From assembly GCF_049852175.1 (NCBI RefSeq), contig NZ_CP187527.1:181104-245103 (forward strand): a stretch of 64,000 bases of DNA, written 5' to 3'. The notes under the pieces are model-generated. The model was not told the DNA's origin. It saw only the letters and a program-made list of their open reading frames with translations, and did not search any database. A program made the position numbers and the translations under genes. The stretch comes from Xylanimonas sp. McL0601. GTDB taxonomy: Bacteria; Actinomycetota; Actinomycetes; Actinomycetales; Cellulomonadaceae. Positions 18,305 to 30,598 of the stretch are shown here, piece by piece; positions within the stretch are counted from its first letter, which is position 1; each line of letters opens with the position of its first letter.

Positions 18305-19821
18305 GCGCCGTCGAGACCCTCGACCAGGTCGAGCCCCGGGTGCGGCGCCCGTTGCGCCTCGCCGAGCTCTGGCTGCTGGTCCTCGCGGTCGCGGCCGGCA
18401 TCGGCGCGTTCGTGATGGTCGGGCTGGCGATCGACGACGCGCTGCCGGAGCACTTCTGGTTCGAGTCGTTCGCCCTCGTCGTCCTGGCGCTCGTCGCGCA
18501 CGTCGTCGTCCGGATCCGTGCACCGTTCGCGGACCAGACGATCCTGCCCGCGGCCGTACTGCTCAACGGGGTGGGCCTCGCGATGATCCTGCGCATCCAG
18601 GAGTCGGGCGCGCGCGGCGCGGCGGGCGCCGACGTCGTACGCAACACGCAGTGGTCGGCGCTCGGCGTCGCCGTCGCGTGCCTGGTGATCTGGTTCCTCA
18701 AGGACCACCGCAGCCTGCGCAAGCTGACCTACACGGCGATGTTCGTGAGCCTCGTGCTCCTGGCGCTGCCGCTGGTCCCGGGCATCGGCCGCAACATCAA
18801 CGGCGCCCAGATCTGGATCCATGTCGGCGGGTTCTCGATGCAGCCCGCCGAGTTCGCGAAGATCACGCTCACGATCTTCTTTGCCGGGTACCTGGTGTCC
18901 AACCGGGACACGCTCGCCCTTGCGGGGCCCAAGGTGCTGGGCCTGCAGCTGCCGCGTGTCCGCGACCTCGGTCCGATCCTCGTCGTCTGGGCGGCCTCGC
19001 TCGCCGTGCTCGTGTTCCAGCGCGACCTGGGCACGTCGCTGCTGCTCTTCGGTCTCTTCGTGGCGATGCTCTACCTCGCGACCGAACGTTTCAGCTGGGT
19101 GCTCATCGGCCTGGTGCTGTTCGCGGGCGGCGCCGTCGTGGCCGCCGAGACGTTCCCGCACGTCAGCCAGCGCATGACGGGGTGGCTGCACGCGTTCGAC
19201 CCGGCCGTGTTCAACGCGCGCGGCGGCTCGGGGCAGCTCGTCTCGGGTCTGTTCGGCATGGCGAACGGCGGCATGTTCGGCGCCGGCTGGGGCCAGGGCT
19301 TCCCGTACCTCGTTCCGTTCTCCTTCTCCGACTTCATCTACACGTCGCTCGCCGAGGAGCTCGGGCTCACCGGCATGCTGGCGGTGCTGCTCGTCTTCCT
19401 GATCCTCGTGGAGCGCGGCCTGCGCACCGCGATCACGGTGCGCGACGGGTTCGGCAAGCTGCTCGCCGGCGGCCTCGCGTTCACCATCGCACTGCAGACG
19501 TTCGTCGTCGTCGGTGGTGTCACGCGGCTCATCCCGCTGACCGGCCTGACCCTGCCCTTCATGGCACAGGGCGGGTCCTCGCTGCTGGCCAACTGGATCA
19601 TCGTCGCGATCCTCATCCGGATCTCCGACAGCGCCCGGCGTCCGTCGGCGCTGCCGGTCCGCGGGCAGGTCGGCCAGGGCCGCATCGCCGCGGCCGACGG
19701 CGACCAGCCGGTCGTCGTCGGGCCCGAGAACGGTGCGGACGGCGGCGCGGTCGGCGCCCACCCCGGCACGAACCCGACCCAGATCATCCACCCTGAGACG
19801 AACGATGGAGGTGACCGGTGA
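18301..19821 (+). CDS. rodA: SEDS-family peptidoglycan glycosyltransferase FtsW/RodA
   Basis: Polytopic membrane protein with SEDS motifs (GAQIWIHVGGFSMQPAEFAKI). ATG 18301 overlaps the pstP stop (ATGA). Confidence 0.8.
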   Translation: MSAVETLDQVEPRVRRPLRLAELWLLVLAVAAGIGAFVMVGLAIDDALPEHFWFESFALVVLALVAHVVVRIRAPFADQTILPAAVLLNGVGLAMILRIQESGARGAAGADVVRNTQWSALGVAVACLVIWFLKDHRSLRKLTYTAMFVSLVLLALPLVPGIGRNINGAQIWIHVGGFSMQPAEFAKITLTIFFAGYLVSNRDTLALAGPKVLGLQLPRVRDLGPILVVWAASLAVLVFQRDLGTSLLLFGLFVAMLYLATERFSWVLIGLVLFAGGAVVAAETFPHVSQRMTGWLHAFDPAVFNARGGSGQLVSGLFGMANGGMFGAGWGQGFPYLVPFSFSDFIYTSLAEELGLTGMLAVLLVFLILVERGLRTAITVRDGFGKLLAGGLAFTIALQTFVVVGGVTRLIPLTGLTLPFMAQGGSSLLANWIIVAILIRISDSARRPSALPVRGQVGQGRIAAADGDQPVVVGPENGADGGAVGAHPGTNPTQIIHPETNDGGDR

Positions 19822-21293
19822 ACACGACGCTCCGACGGCTCTCGTCCGTCGTCATGGTGATGTTCCTGGCCCTCATGGTGTCCACGACCTACGTCCAGTA
19901 CTGGCGCGCCGACAGGCTCAACAACGACGGGCGAAACGTCCGCAGCATCTTCCGCGAGTTCAACAACGCGCGCGGCCCGATCGTGGTGGCCGGCCAGCCG
20001 ATCGCGGAGTCGGTCCCTGTGGACACACCGTTCGGCTTCCAGCGCGTGTACTCCGGCGGTGATCCTGAGAAGGCGCAGATGTACGCGCCCGTCACGGGAT
20101 TCTTCTCGCTGGTCAACGGCTCGTCGGCGATCGAGAGCGCGGAGAACTCGTTCCTCAACGGCCAGGCCGACGCCCTGTGGATCAACCGGCTGCAGGACAT
20201 GCTCACGGGCCGCAAGACGCAGGGCTCGTCGGTCGAGCTCACCATCGACCCCGCGATCCAGCAGGCCGCGTGGGACGCCCTCGACGGGCAGCGCGGCTCG
20301 ATCGTCGCCGTCGACCCGAAGACGGGCGCCATCCTCGCGATGGTCTCCAAGCCGTCGTTCGACCCGAACGTGCTGGCCGTGCACTCCACGGGTCAGGCGG
20401 GCCAGGCGTTCCAGGACCTGGTGAACGCCGATGGCAACCCGATGATCAACCGCGCGATCGCTGCGCTGTACCCGCCGGGATCGACGTTCAAGCTGATCGG
20501 CGCCGCGGCCGCGATCGAGTCGGGCAAGCACCAGGCCGACTCGCAGATCCCCGCACCGCACCGCTACACGCTCCCGGGCACGCGCACCGAGCTGCGCAAC
20601 TTCGGCGACGAGATCTGCTCGCGCAGCAACCAGATGTCGATCCACGACGCCATGGTGATGTCGTGCAACACCGCGTTCGCGGCCCTCGCCGTCGACCTCG
20701 GCGGTGACGCGATGCGCGCCCAGGCGGCCAAGTTCGGGTTCGACGACGTCTTCCGCGTCCCCATGCGCTCGGCCGTCAGCGCGTTCCCGAGCGCGGGCGA
20801 CAAGTTCACGCCCGACCGGGTCGCGCTCTCCGGCATCGGCCAGGGCGACGTCACCTCGACGCCGCTGCAGATGGCGATGGTCTCGGCCGCCATCGCCAAC
20901 CACGGCGCGCTCATGGAGCCGCACCTGGTGCAGACCATCCGCGACCCCGAGCTCGAGGTCGTCGAGCAGACCGAGCCGAACAAGCTCCGCGACGCGATCT
21001 CCCCGTCCACCGCGGACGCGCTCAAGCAGATGATGGTCGACACGGTCCGGAGCGGTACGGGCACCGGCGCGCAGATCTCCGGCGTCCAGGTGGCCGGCAA
21101 GACGGGCACCGCGCAGACCGCGCCGGGCGTCGCCCCGCACGCCTGGTTCACCGCGTTCGCGCCTGCTGACGACCCGCAGATCGCCGTCGCCGTCATCGTC
21201 GAGAACGGCGGCAACATGGCCAGCGAGGCGACCGGTGGCCGGCTGGCCGCGCCGATGGCGCGGTCCGTGATCCAGGCGGCGCTGAACCGATGA
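19818..21293 (+). CDS. pbpA: class B penicillin-binding protein (transpeptidase)
   Basis: SxxK (GSTFK), SxN (SCN), KTG (GKTGTAQ) motifs; N-terminal TM anchor. GTG 19818 overlaps the rodA stop. Confidence 0.8.
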   Translation: MNTTLRRLSSVVMVMFLALMVSTTYVQYWRADRLNNDGRNVRSIFREFNNARGPIVVAGQPIAESVPVDTPFGFQRVYSGGDPEKAQMYAPVTGFFSLVNGSSAIESAENSFLNGQADALWINRLQDMLTGRKTQGSSVELTIDPAIQQAAWDALDGQRGSIVAVDPKTGAILAMVSKPSFDPNVLAVHSTGQAGQAFQDLVNADGNPMINRAIAALYPPGSTFKLIGAAAAIESGKHQADSQIPAPHRYTLPGTRTELRNFGDEICSRSNQMSIHDAMVMSCNTAFAALAVDLGGDAMRAQAAKFGFDDVFRVPMRSAVSAFPSAGDKFTPDRVALSGIGQGDVTSTPLQMAMVSAAIANHGALMEPHLVQTIRDPELEVVEQTEPNKLRDAISPSTADALKQMMVDTVRSGTGTGAQISGVQVAGKTGTAQTAPGVAPHAWFTAFAPADDPQIAVAVIVENGGNMASEATGGRLAAPMARSVIQAALNR

Positions 21294-21300
21294 GGACCCG

Positions 21301-22920
21301 ATGAGGCCCGCTGCCGGGATCGCCCTCGGGGAGCGCTACCGCCTCGCCCGCCGCCTTGCCGTCGGCGGCATGGGCGAGGTGTGGATCGCGGACGACACGT
21401 TCCTGGGCCGCGAGGTCGCGGTGAAGGTGCTGCGCGAGGAGTACACCGGCCACGAGGACTTCCTGCGCCGGCTGCGTACCGAGGCGCGCAACAGCGCCGC
21501 GCTGTCGCACCCGAACATCGCGCAGATGTACGACTACGGCGAGCAGGACGGCACCGGCTACCTGGTCATGGAGCTCGTGCTGGGCGAGCCGCTCGCCGAC
21601 CTGCTCGAGCGCGAGCCGGTGCTGGCCCCCAAACGGCTGCTGCCTCTCCTGGCGCAGACGGCGCGCGGGCTGCACCACGCGCACGAGGCCGGCGTCGTGC
21701 ACCGCGACGTCAAGCCGGGCAACATCCTGCTGGAGCACCCGGGCCGGTCGGCGGCGCACGCCACCGTGAAGATCACCGACTTCGGCGTCTCGCTCGCGGC
21801 CAACCAGGCCCCGATGACGGCCACGGGCATGGTCATGGGCACTGCCCAGTACCTCTCGCCCGAGCAGGCCGTCGGCCAGCCGGCCACAGCGGTCTCGGAC
21901 GTCTACGCGCTCGGCGTCGTCGCCTACGAGGCGACGGCGGGCAAGCGCCCGTTCACCGGGAACACGCCGGTGGACATCGCCGTCGCGCACGTCAACAGCC
22001 CCGTGCCGCCCCTCCCGACGACGGTTCACCCCGGGCTGTCCGGCCTCATCGTGCGGATGCTCGAGAAGGACCCGGCCAAGCGGCCGCGGTCGGCGGGTGC
22101 TCTCGCCGAGGAGCTCGACGAGCTAGCGCTCGAGATCGCTGCGGACCCGCTCGGGGCGCGCTCGCGCACCGCGCGCCGCCTGCGGAGCACGCCCTCGGCG
22201 CCGCACAGCGCGACGCCGGCGACGGCGACGCCGGGCGGGCGCCCGATCGGCAGCGTCGCGGCGCCGAGCGAGGCGCCCCGGCAGCACGCCGGCGGGCGAC
22301 CGGCGGCCCTGGCCCCGGCGCGCACCACCGGCGCCCCGCATCGCGGTGAGCCGACGCCCGAGGACGTGACCCTCGCCGGGACCTCCGGCGAGTCGCGTAC
22401 CGCTCGCTCGGGCCACGCGGCCCGCGCCGCACACGCGAGCGAGCCGGCGGCCCGCGCGCTGCCGCTCCGTCGCGACGTCCACGGGCCGCGAGCCACGGGT
22501 CTCTCGGAGGACGCGGCACGGACGGTCGACGCGCTGCGCCGCGACCTCGCCCGACGGCGTCCGCCCGACCCGGCGGCGTCGCACCGTCACGCCGCCCGGG
22601 AGCCGGCCGTCCGCGACGCGGGCTCGTCGGACACCGGCGGCCCGCAGCGCACCTCGACGACCACCGGCCTGCGCCTTGGCCCGCTGGGCCGGCTCTCGTG
22701 GCCGCTCGTCGGGCTGCTCGTGCTGCTGGTCGTCCTCCTGCTCGCCACGCTCCTCAGCAGCGTCACGGGCGGCGGGGGCAACGCCGGTGCGCAGGCTCCG
22801 TACCCCACATCCACAATCTCCGGGACAGCCTCGACGTCGAGCCTCGGCGGCTCTGGGATGATGCTCCGTAACGCGTCGCACGGCGAGTCCGCGGCGACCA
22901 TGACATCGAAGGACATTTGA
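21301..22920 (+). CDS. pknA: Ser/Thr protein kinase PknA-like
   Basis: Hanks kinase subdomains (GGMGEVW, VAVK, HRDVKPGNILL, DFG, SPE); Pro/Ala-rich linker and a single TM. Confidence 0.8.
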   Translation: MRPAAGIALGERYRLARRLAVGGMGEVWIADDTFLGREVAVKVLREEYTGHEDFLRRLRTEARNSAALSHPNIAQMYDYGEQDGTGYLVMELVLGEPLADLLEREPVLAPKRLLPLLAQTARGLHHAHEAGVVHRDVKPGNILLEHPGRSAAHATVKITDFGVSLAANQAPMTATGMVMGTAQYLSPEQAVGQPATAVSDVYALGVVAYEATAGKRPFTGNTPVDIAVAHVNSPVPPLPTTVHPGLSGLIVRMLEKDPAKRPRSAGALAEELDELALEIAADPLGARSRTARRLRSTPSAPHSATPATATPGGRPIGSVAAPSEAPRQHAGGRPAALAPARTTGAPHRGEPTPEDVTLAGTSGESRTARSGHAARAAHASEPAARALPLRRDVHGPRATGLSEDAARTVDALRRDLARRRPPDPAASHRHAAREPAVRDAGSSDTGGPQRTSTTTGLRLGPLGRLSWPLVGLLVLLVVLLLATLLSSVTGGGGNAGAQAPYPTSTISGTASTSSLGGSGMMLRNASHGESAATMTSKDI

Positions 22921-22921
22921 G

Positions 22922-25015
<2,094 letters not shown>

Positions 25016-25112
25016 CGCCTCCTGACGTCGAAGGGCTCGACCACCTTCCCGGTGGTCGAGCCCTTCGTCGTTGGTAGAGGTGGCAGAGCCGCACGAGACC
25101 CGGCGGCAAGGG

Positions 25113-25787
25113 TCAGGCCGTGTGCACCAGCGGCGCCATGCCCGCGGACCGCTCCACGGCCCCGGCGTCGCCGCACAGCTCGAGCCAGTTGGCGAGCAGC
25201 CGATGCCCGCCCTGCGTGAGCACCGACTCCGGGTGGAACTGCACCCCGTGCAGCGGAAGGTCGCGGTGCTGGAGCCCCATGACGATGCCCGACGCCGTCG
25301 CGCACGTGACCTCGAGCTCGGCCGGGACGGTCTCGGGCTCGACGGCCAGCGAGTGGTAGCGGGTCGCGGTGAACGGCTGCGCGAGCCCGGCGACGACGCC
25401 GACGCCGTCGTGCTCCACGAGGCTGGTCTTGCCGTGCATGAGCTCGGGCGCGTGCGACACGGTCGCCCCGAACACCTCGGCCAGGGCCTGATGTCCCAGG
25501 CAGACGCCGAGCATCGGGGTGCGGGTGCGGGCGCACGCACGGATGACGTCCTCGGACGAGCCGGCGTCGTGCGGCGTACCGGGGCCGGGGGAGACGAGCA
25601 CGCCGTCGAACGGGACGCCGTCGGCGTCGACGATGCGCTCGCCGTCGCGGGCCCCGAGCACCGAGGCGGGCACGGCGTCGTTGCGCACCACCACGGTGCG
25701 CGCGCCGAGCTGGTCGAGGTAGCCCACGATCGTGTAGACGAACGAGTCGTAGTTGTCGACGACGAGGATCCGTGGCCCGGTGTTCAC
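25113..25787 (-). CDS. trpG: glutamine amidotransferase, anthranilate/aminodeoxychorismate synthase component II
   Basis: ILVVDNYDSFVYTIV, catalytic GVCLGHQ, His/Glu pair in HGVQFHPES. Confidence 0.8.
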   Translation of the reverse strand: MNTGPRILVVDNYDSFVYTIVGYLDQLGARTVVVRNDAVPASVLGARDGERIVDADGVPFDGVLVSPGPGTPHDAGSSEDVIRACARTRTPMLGVCLGHQALAEVFGATVSHAPELMHGKTSLVEHDGVGVVAGLAQPFTATRYHSLAVEPETVPAELEVTCATASGIVMGLQHRDLPLHGVQFHPESVLTQGGHRLLANWLELCGDAGAVERSAGMAPLVHTA

Positions 25788-25791
25788 GGCG

Positions 25792-25947
25792 TCAGCCTAC
25801 GGTGTTGGCGTTGAGCGCCAGGTACTCCGAGATCCAGGGGAAGACCCACTCGAAGCACGCGACGACAACTCCCGCGGCGAGCACCAGCATGATCATGGCC
25901 CGCACCCACGCGGGCCCGGGCAGCACCCTCCACAGCGCCCCGTACAT
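25792..25947 (-). CDS. small membrane protein (51 aa) translationally coupled to sortase
   Basis: MYGALWRVLPGPAWVRAMIMLVLAAGVVVACFEWVFPWISEYLALNANTVG. Its ATG overlaps the sortase TGA (ATGA). Confidence 0.45.
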   Translation of the reverse strand: MYGALWRVLPGPAWVRAMIMLVLAAGVVVACFEWVFPWISEYLALNANTVG

Positions 25948-26762
25948 CAGGATCCCCCTCCCTCGGCACCGATGACGTTCACGCCGGCGTCGGTGAGGTC
26001 GCGCGGGATGCCCTCGCTCACCGGCATCCAGTAGTCGAGCTCCGCGTGCACCACATAGCGCTGCCGCGCCGAGAACATCGGGTGGCACGCCGTCATGGTC
26101 ATGAAGCGCTGCGTGAGCTGCGGCAGCGGCTCGCCCGGCTTGAGCCCGGGGATCGGGGAGACCACCTCGATCTGCGTGGGCCAGACGATCTCATGGCTGG
26201 TCACGCGGTAGACGTACCAGGTGGTCCGGGTACGCACGACGACGGCGTCGCCATGCCGCAGCTCGGCGATCTGGTTGTAGGGCTTGCCGAACGTGGTGCG
26301 GTGGCCGGCCGTGGCGAAGTTGCCCAGGCCGCCGGGCATGGCCGTGCCCGGGTAGTGCCCGATGCCGAGGCGGTCGAGGACCTCGCGGCGGTCGACGCCG
26401 CCGGCGATGGGGGCCACGTAGTCCGGGCCGAAGCGCGGCACGTAGAGCTGTGCGAACACCTCGCCGAACGCGGGCTCGGGGTCGACAGGCGGCTCGTCGC
26501 GTCGCTCGACGGGCGCGGGCGCGGCCGGGGCCGCCGCAGCGGGCGGCTCCCACTGGAGCGCGTGCAGCACCTGCGTGTGCTCGCGGTGCGCGACGACGTC
26601 GGTCCACCAGAGCTGCCACACCACGAACAGCCCCAGGAGCACGCCGGCGGTGATGAGGAGCTCGCCGAGGACGCCGACGGCGGCGCTGCCGGCGCTCGGT
26701 CGGCGGCGTCCGGCGTGGCGGCGCGTGGCAGGCTGCGGCCACGCCGCGGCAGGTGCGGTCAT
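25947..26762 (-). CDS. class E sortase
   Basis: TM anchor, catalytic His (GNFATAGHRTTFG) and TLxTC-type Cys motif (MTMTACHP). ATG 26762 overlaps the upstream DUF881 stop. Confidence 0.75.
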   Translation of the reverse strand: MTAPAAAWPQPATRRHAGRRRPSAGSAAVGVLGELLITAGVLLGLFVVWQLWWTDVVAHREHTQVLHALQWEPPAAAAPAAPAPVERRDEPPVDPEPAFGEVFAQLYVPRFGPDYVAPIAGGVDRREVLDRLGIGHYPGTAMPGGLGNFATAGHRTTFGKPYNQIAELRHGDAVVVRTRTTWYVYRVTSHEIVWPTQIEVVSPIPGLKPGEPLPQLTQRFMTMTACHPMFSARQRYVVHAELDYWMPVSEGIPRDLTDAGVNVIGAEGGGS

Positions 26763-27538
26763 CGCAACGGGTCGGTGCCGGCGGGGAGCTCCGCGAACCG
26801 CAGGTCCGTCGACCCGGTGTACGCGGGCAGCTCGAGGGAGTCGAAGGACCGTTCGCTCCACCCGAGGCCCACGCTCGCGACGTACCGGAGGTAGGTCGAC
26901 ACACCGTCCGAGGCGTCGAGCGCGGCCCGAAGGCTTGCCGGGTCGCCGATGGCCTCGACGACATAGGGCGGGCTGAACACCTTGCCGTGCAGCAGCAGGA
27001 TGTTCCCGGAGCACCGGAACGCCGAGGTCATCGTCACGCGCTCGCCCTGGAGCGTCATGGCCTCGGCGCCCCCGGCCCACAGCGCGTTGATGACGTGCTG
27101 GATGTCCTGCTGGTGCACGACCAGGTCGTCCGGGCTGACCCCTGGGATCGTCGAGCTCGAGGCGGGGGCGTCGTCGAGCTGTACCTGCAGCCCGGTGCCC
27201 CTGACGGCGACCGACCCGACAGCCATGCCCTCGCGCTGGGCCAGGGCGGTGTCCTCGGCGGGCGCGACCGAAGACGACTCGCTGAGGTCGTCCACCTCGG
27301 TGCGCAGCGACTCGACCTTGGCGCTCAGCCTGTCCACGCGCCGGGACTCGGCGCTGACCAGCTCCACGAGGTCGGCGGGGTGGCGCAGGGAGGAGCTGCC
27401 GTGCGCGAGCTGCGCGCTCGCCGCAAACATGATCCCGGCCAGGCCGGCGACGACGGCGACGGTGATCGCGGGCCGCACGCGACGCCCGGTCTCCGGGAGC
27501 CCAGGCAGACGGAAGAACACACGTCGCGTCACGGTCAC
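26759..27538 (-). CDS. DUF881-family membrane protein
   Basis: N-terminal TM, coiled-coil segment, conserved C-terminal domain typical of DUF881 proteins found with sortase/crgA near actinobacterial origins. Confidence 0.65.
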   Translation of the reverse strand: MTVTRRVFFRLPGLPETGRRVRPAITVAVVAGLAGIMFAASAQLAHGSSSLRHPADLVELVSAESRRVDRLSAKVESLRTEVDDLSESSSVAPAEDTALAQREGMAVGSVAVRGTGLQVQLDDAPASSSTIPGVSPDDLVVHQQDIQHVINALWAGGAEAMTLQGERVTMTSAFRCSGNILLLHGKVFSPPYVVEAIGDPASLRAALDASDGVSTYLRYVASVGLGWSERSFDSLELPAYTGSTDLRFAELPAGTDPLR

Positions 27539-27656
27539 ACCTCCAGTCGTGCAGCTTGTCGGGGCCGCATCGGCCTGGCCACTACGCTAGTCGACGGAAT
27601 GTCGTCTACGACCGGCCCGGCGCCGGTCGTCACCCGAGAACGAGGAGCGCGTCGCC

Positions 27657-27941
27657 GTGCCCGAGTCGAAGTCCCGCAAGAAGAAGGCCGCCCGCGTCTC
27701 CCCGGAGTACGTCGAGCACGAGGCGAAGGCCGCCAAGGCCGCCAAGACGGGCAACCCGGCTTGGCTCGTGCCCGTCATGCTGACGCTGATGATCATGGGC
27801 CTGGCCTGGATCGTCATCTACTACCTGACGGCCAACCGGGCGGGCGGCGGGTTCCCGATCCCGCCGCTGCACCAGTGGAACCTGCTCATCGGCTTCGTGC
27901 TGATCATCGCCGGGTTCGGGCTCACCACGCAGTGGAAGTGA
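27657..27941 (+). CDS. crgA: cell division protein CrgA
   Basis: 94 aa, MPESKSRKKK... basic N-terminus and two TM helices. Confidence 0.8.
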   Translation: MPESKSRKKKAARVSPEYVEHEAKAAKAAKTGNPAWLVPVMLTLMIMGLAWIVIYYLTANRAGGGFPIPPLHQWNLLIGFVLIIAGFGLTTQWK

Positions 27942-27990
27942 CGGCTCCCGAGCCGATCCTGCCCAGGCCGTCGGCGGCGTAGCCGGAGGC

Positions 27991-28824
27991 TCAGAGCCAG
28001 ACCGTGGAGCTGTACTTCAGCAGCGTCACGGCCACGAGCACGACCGCGACCGCGGCCGGCAACAGCCATGCGACGAGCTTCTGCCGGCCGCGGGGCGCGT
28101 GCGAGAACCCCCACCCCAGCACGAACCCGGTCACGAGGCCGCCCAGGTGGGCCTGCCACGCAATGCCCGGCACCACGAACCCGAGGACCGCGTTGACGGC
28201 GATGAGGCCGATCACCTGCGCGGCGTTCGAGCCCAGCCGGCGCAGCACCGGGACCATCGCGCCGAACAGGCCGAACACCATCCCCGACGCCCCGACGACG
28301 GCGGGCCCCCACACCCAGCCGTGGGTGGTGAGCACGGGGTTGGTCAGCAGCACGACCCCGACCGACGCGCCGACCGCGCTCAACAGGCAGAGCGTGATGA
28401 ACCGCGCGCGCCCCAGCACCGGCTCGAGGAACTGCCCCGTGATGTACAGGGCCCACATGTTGAACAGGATGTGGCCGTAGAAGCTCGTCGAGTGCAGGAA
28501 CGCCGCGGTGAGGAACCGCCACGGCTCGGCGATCCCCACGCCGGGGGCGAACAGGAACCGGGTGGTCCACGCGCCCCCCGTCGCGAGCTGCAGCAGGAAG
28601 CTCCCGACGCAGATCCCGATGAGGGTGAACGTCACCACGGGCCGGCCGTGCCGCACGCGCCCGCCGACCGCCGTCGTCGTCCGCGGGGCAGCCTTGGCGG
28701 CCTCCCGCACGCAGTCGACGCACTGGATGCCGACGGCGGCCGGGCGCTGGCACTCCGGGCACGCCGGGCGCCCGCACCGCTGGCAGCGCACGTACGCGAC
28801 GCGGTCCGGGTGCCGCGGGCACAC
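27991..28824 (-). CDS. rhomboid-family intramembrane serine protease with N-terminal zinc ribbon
   Basis: Cys4 ribbon (CQRCGRPACPECQ...CVDC); catalytic GASGMVFGLFGA Ser and HLGGLVTG His motifs. Confidence 0.75.
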   Translation of the reverse strand: MCPRHPDRVAYVRCQRCGRPACPECQRPAAVGIQCVDCVREAAKAAPRTTTAVGGRVRHGRPVVTFTLIGICVGSFLLQLATGGAWTTRFLFAPGVGIAEPWRFLTAAFLHSTSFYGHILFNMWALYITGQFLEPVLGRARFITLCLLSAVGASVGVVLLTNPVLTTHGWVWGPAVVGASGMVFGLFGAMVPVLRRLGSNAAQVIGLIAVNAVLGFVVPGIAWQAHLGGLVTGFVLGWGFSHAPRGRQKLVAWLLPAAVAVVLVAVTLLKYSSTVWL

Positions 28825-28885
28825 GGGGACGGTCTCAGGGGCGCTGGGCCCCGGCTGGTCCGTGGTGATCGCTCGGCCCTCTGCC

Positions 28886-29425
28886 TCAGTCCTCGATCGT
28901 GATGCTGGTGATCACGATGTCCTCGACCGGGCGGTCGCCCGGGCGGGTGCGCACGTTTCCGATGGTGTCGACGACGGCCCTCGACTCGTCGTCAGCGACC
29001 TTGCCGAAGATCGTGTGCTTGCCGTTGAGCCACGGCGTCTCGGTGGTGGTGATGAAGAACTGCGAGCCGTTCGTGCCGCCGGTCTCGCCCGTCACCGGGT
29101 TGCGGCGCTTGCCCGCGTTGGCCATTGCCAGCAGGTACTTCTCGGAGAAGCCGAGCTCCGGGTGGATCTCGTCGTCGAACGTGTAGCCCGGGCCGCCGGT
29201 GCCGGTGCCCAGCGGGTCGCCGCCCTGGATCATGAAGTTGTCGATGACGCGGTGGAAGATGACGCCGTCGTAGAGCGGCGTGGTCTTCTCCTCGCCCGAG
29301 CGCGGGTCGGTCCACGGCTGCGCCCCGGTGGCGAGGCCGACGAAGTTCTTGACCGTCTTGGGCGCGTGGTTCGGCAGCAGTTCGATACGGATGTCGCCGA
29401 GCGTCGTGTGCAGGGTTGCAAACAT
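28886..29425 (-). CDS. ppiA: peptidyl-prolyl cis-trans isomerase, cyclophilin type
   Basis: Cyclophilin signature YDGVIFHRVIDNFMIQGGDP and SQFFITT. ATG 29425 with GGGAGGA RBS. Confidence 0.85.
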   Translation of the reverse strand: MFATLHTTLGDIRIELLPNHAPKTVKNFVGLATGAQPWTDPRSGEEKTTPLYDGVIFHRVIDNFMIQGGDPLGTGTGGPGYTFDDEIHPELGFSEKYLLAMANAGKRRNPVTGETGGTNGSQFFITTTETPWLNGKHTIFGKVADDESRAVVDTIGNVRTRPGDRPVEDIVITSITIED

Positions 29426-29571
29426 GCGCCCATCCTCCCACGGGGCGGGCTGCCGGCCGGAGTACGGGCGGGCGCACGGCGGCGTGACGTCACAACGCCG
29501 CAGGCACGGGGCTCGCGACGTGGTCCGCCTCACCTCGCGCGGCCTCGCGGAGGCGGTGGCAGAGTGAGGCC

Positions 29572-30573
29572 ATGGTGCGAAAGAGCGTGAGCGACACGAT
29601 GCAGTCGATCGACACCGAGGCGATCAAGGACTCCGCCGCCAAGACCGCGGCGACACTGTCCGACGCCGCAAGCCGGGCCGCGAAGGAGGCCGGCGCGCTC
29701 GCCTTGCAGGCGAAGGACGCCGCCGTGCACGCGAAGGAGTGGGCCGAGCCTCACGCGAAGGACTTCGTCGCCTGGCTCCAGCCCCGCGCCGAGAAGGCGT
29801 GGCACGACTCCTTGCAGGCGGCTGCCCCGCGGTTCGAGAAGATCGCGGACCGGGCGGTCCCGCTCGCCGACACCGCGAAAGACCGGCTGCACCCCATGGT
29901 CGACACCGCGCACGAGCGCGTGGGCGAGGCCGTCGACGTCGCGCACGACAAGCTGGTGGACGAGTACCTCCCGAAGCTCGTCGCGGCATTCAACGACGCC
30001 GCGGCCAAGGCGGCCTCCGCCGGCTCGGCGACCGCCGCTGCGGCGGCGGCGGCCGCCGCCGCAGCGGCGAAGCCCTCGAAGCGCAAGCGCAAGGGCCTGT
30101 TCTGGCTGCTCATCGCCGGCGCCGCGGCCGTCGCCGGGTACTGGTTCTGGCGCCGGGCGCAGCCGCAGAACGACCCGTGGGCCGAACCGTGGGAGCAGAC
30201 CACGACACCTGACTACGAGGGCGCCGCGCGCGATGCCCGGGTGCGGGCAGGCGACACCGCCGAAGCCGTGGGCGAGGCGGCCGGCGCCGCCGTCGCCCGC
30301 TCGCGCGAGGCGAGCGAGAAGTTCGCCGAGCGCGCCGCGGAGGTGCGCGAGGACCTGGCCGGGCGTGCCGCCGAGGCGCAGGAGAAGCTCTCCGAGCGGG
30401 TCGAGGAGGCCGTCGACAAGGCGACGGGGGCGGCCAAGAAGGCGACGAGCCGGGCGCGATCGACGACGCGGAAGAATGACGACGCGGCGGAGGACAACGC
30501 CGAGCAGGAGAAGCCCGCGGACACGGCCGCAGCGGACGACGCCGAGAAGGCCGAGGACACCAAGTCCGAGTGA
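29572..30573 (+). CDS. hypothetical Ala/Lys-rich coiled-coil protein with a central TM helix
   Basis: Low-complexity amphipathic repeats (apolipoprotein-like) and GLFWLLIAGAAAVAGYWFW TM. Good GC3 bias; no recognisable catalytic motif. Confidence 0.5.
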   Translation: MVRKSVSDTMQSIDTEAIKDSAAKTAATLSDAASRAAKEAGALALQAKDAAVHAKEWAEPHAKDFVAWLQPRAEKAWHDSLQAAAPRFEKIADRAVPLADTAKDRLHPMVDTAHERVGEAVDVAHDKLVDEYLPKLVAAFNDAAAKAASAGSATAAAAAAAAAAAAKPSKRKRKGLFWLLIAGAAAVAGYWFWRRAQPQNDPWAEPWEQTTTPDYEGAARDARVRAGDTAEAVGEAAGAAVARSREASEKFAERAAEVREDLAGRAAEAQEKLSERVEEAVDKATGAAKKATSRARSTTRKNDDAAEDNAEQEKPADTAAADDAEKAEDTKSE

Positions 30574-30598
30574 CGACCTCAGGCGGGGCGGCCTGACC

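Noticed and set aside
16865-19791. Long minus-strand ORFs (552 aa and 606 aa) across pstP/rodA
   Set aside because: Antisense artefacts (poly-Arg/Gly); the plus strand encodes PP2C and SEDS proteins with clear motifs.
29624-30203. Minus-strand ORFs antisense to the Ala/Lys-rich gene 29572..30573
   Set aside because: Low-complexity mirror of the sense-strand poly-Ala region.
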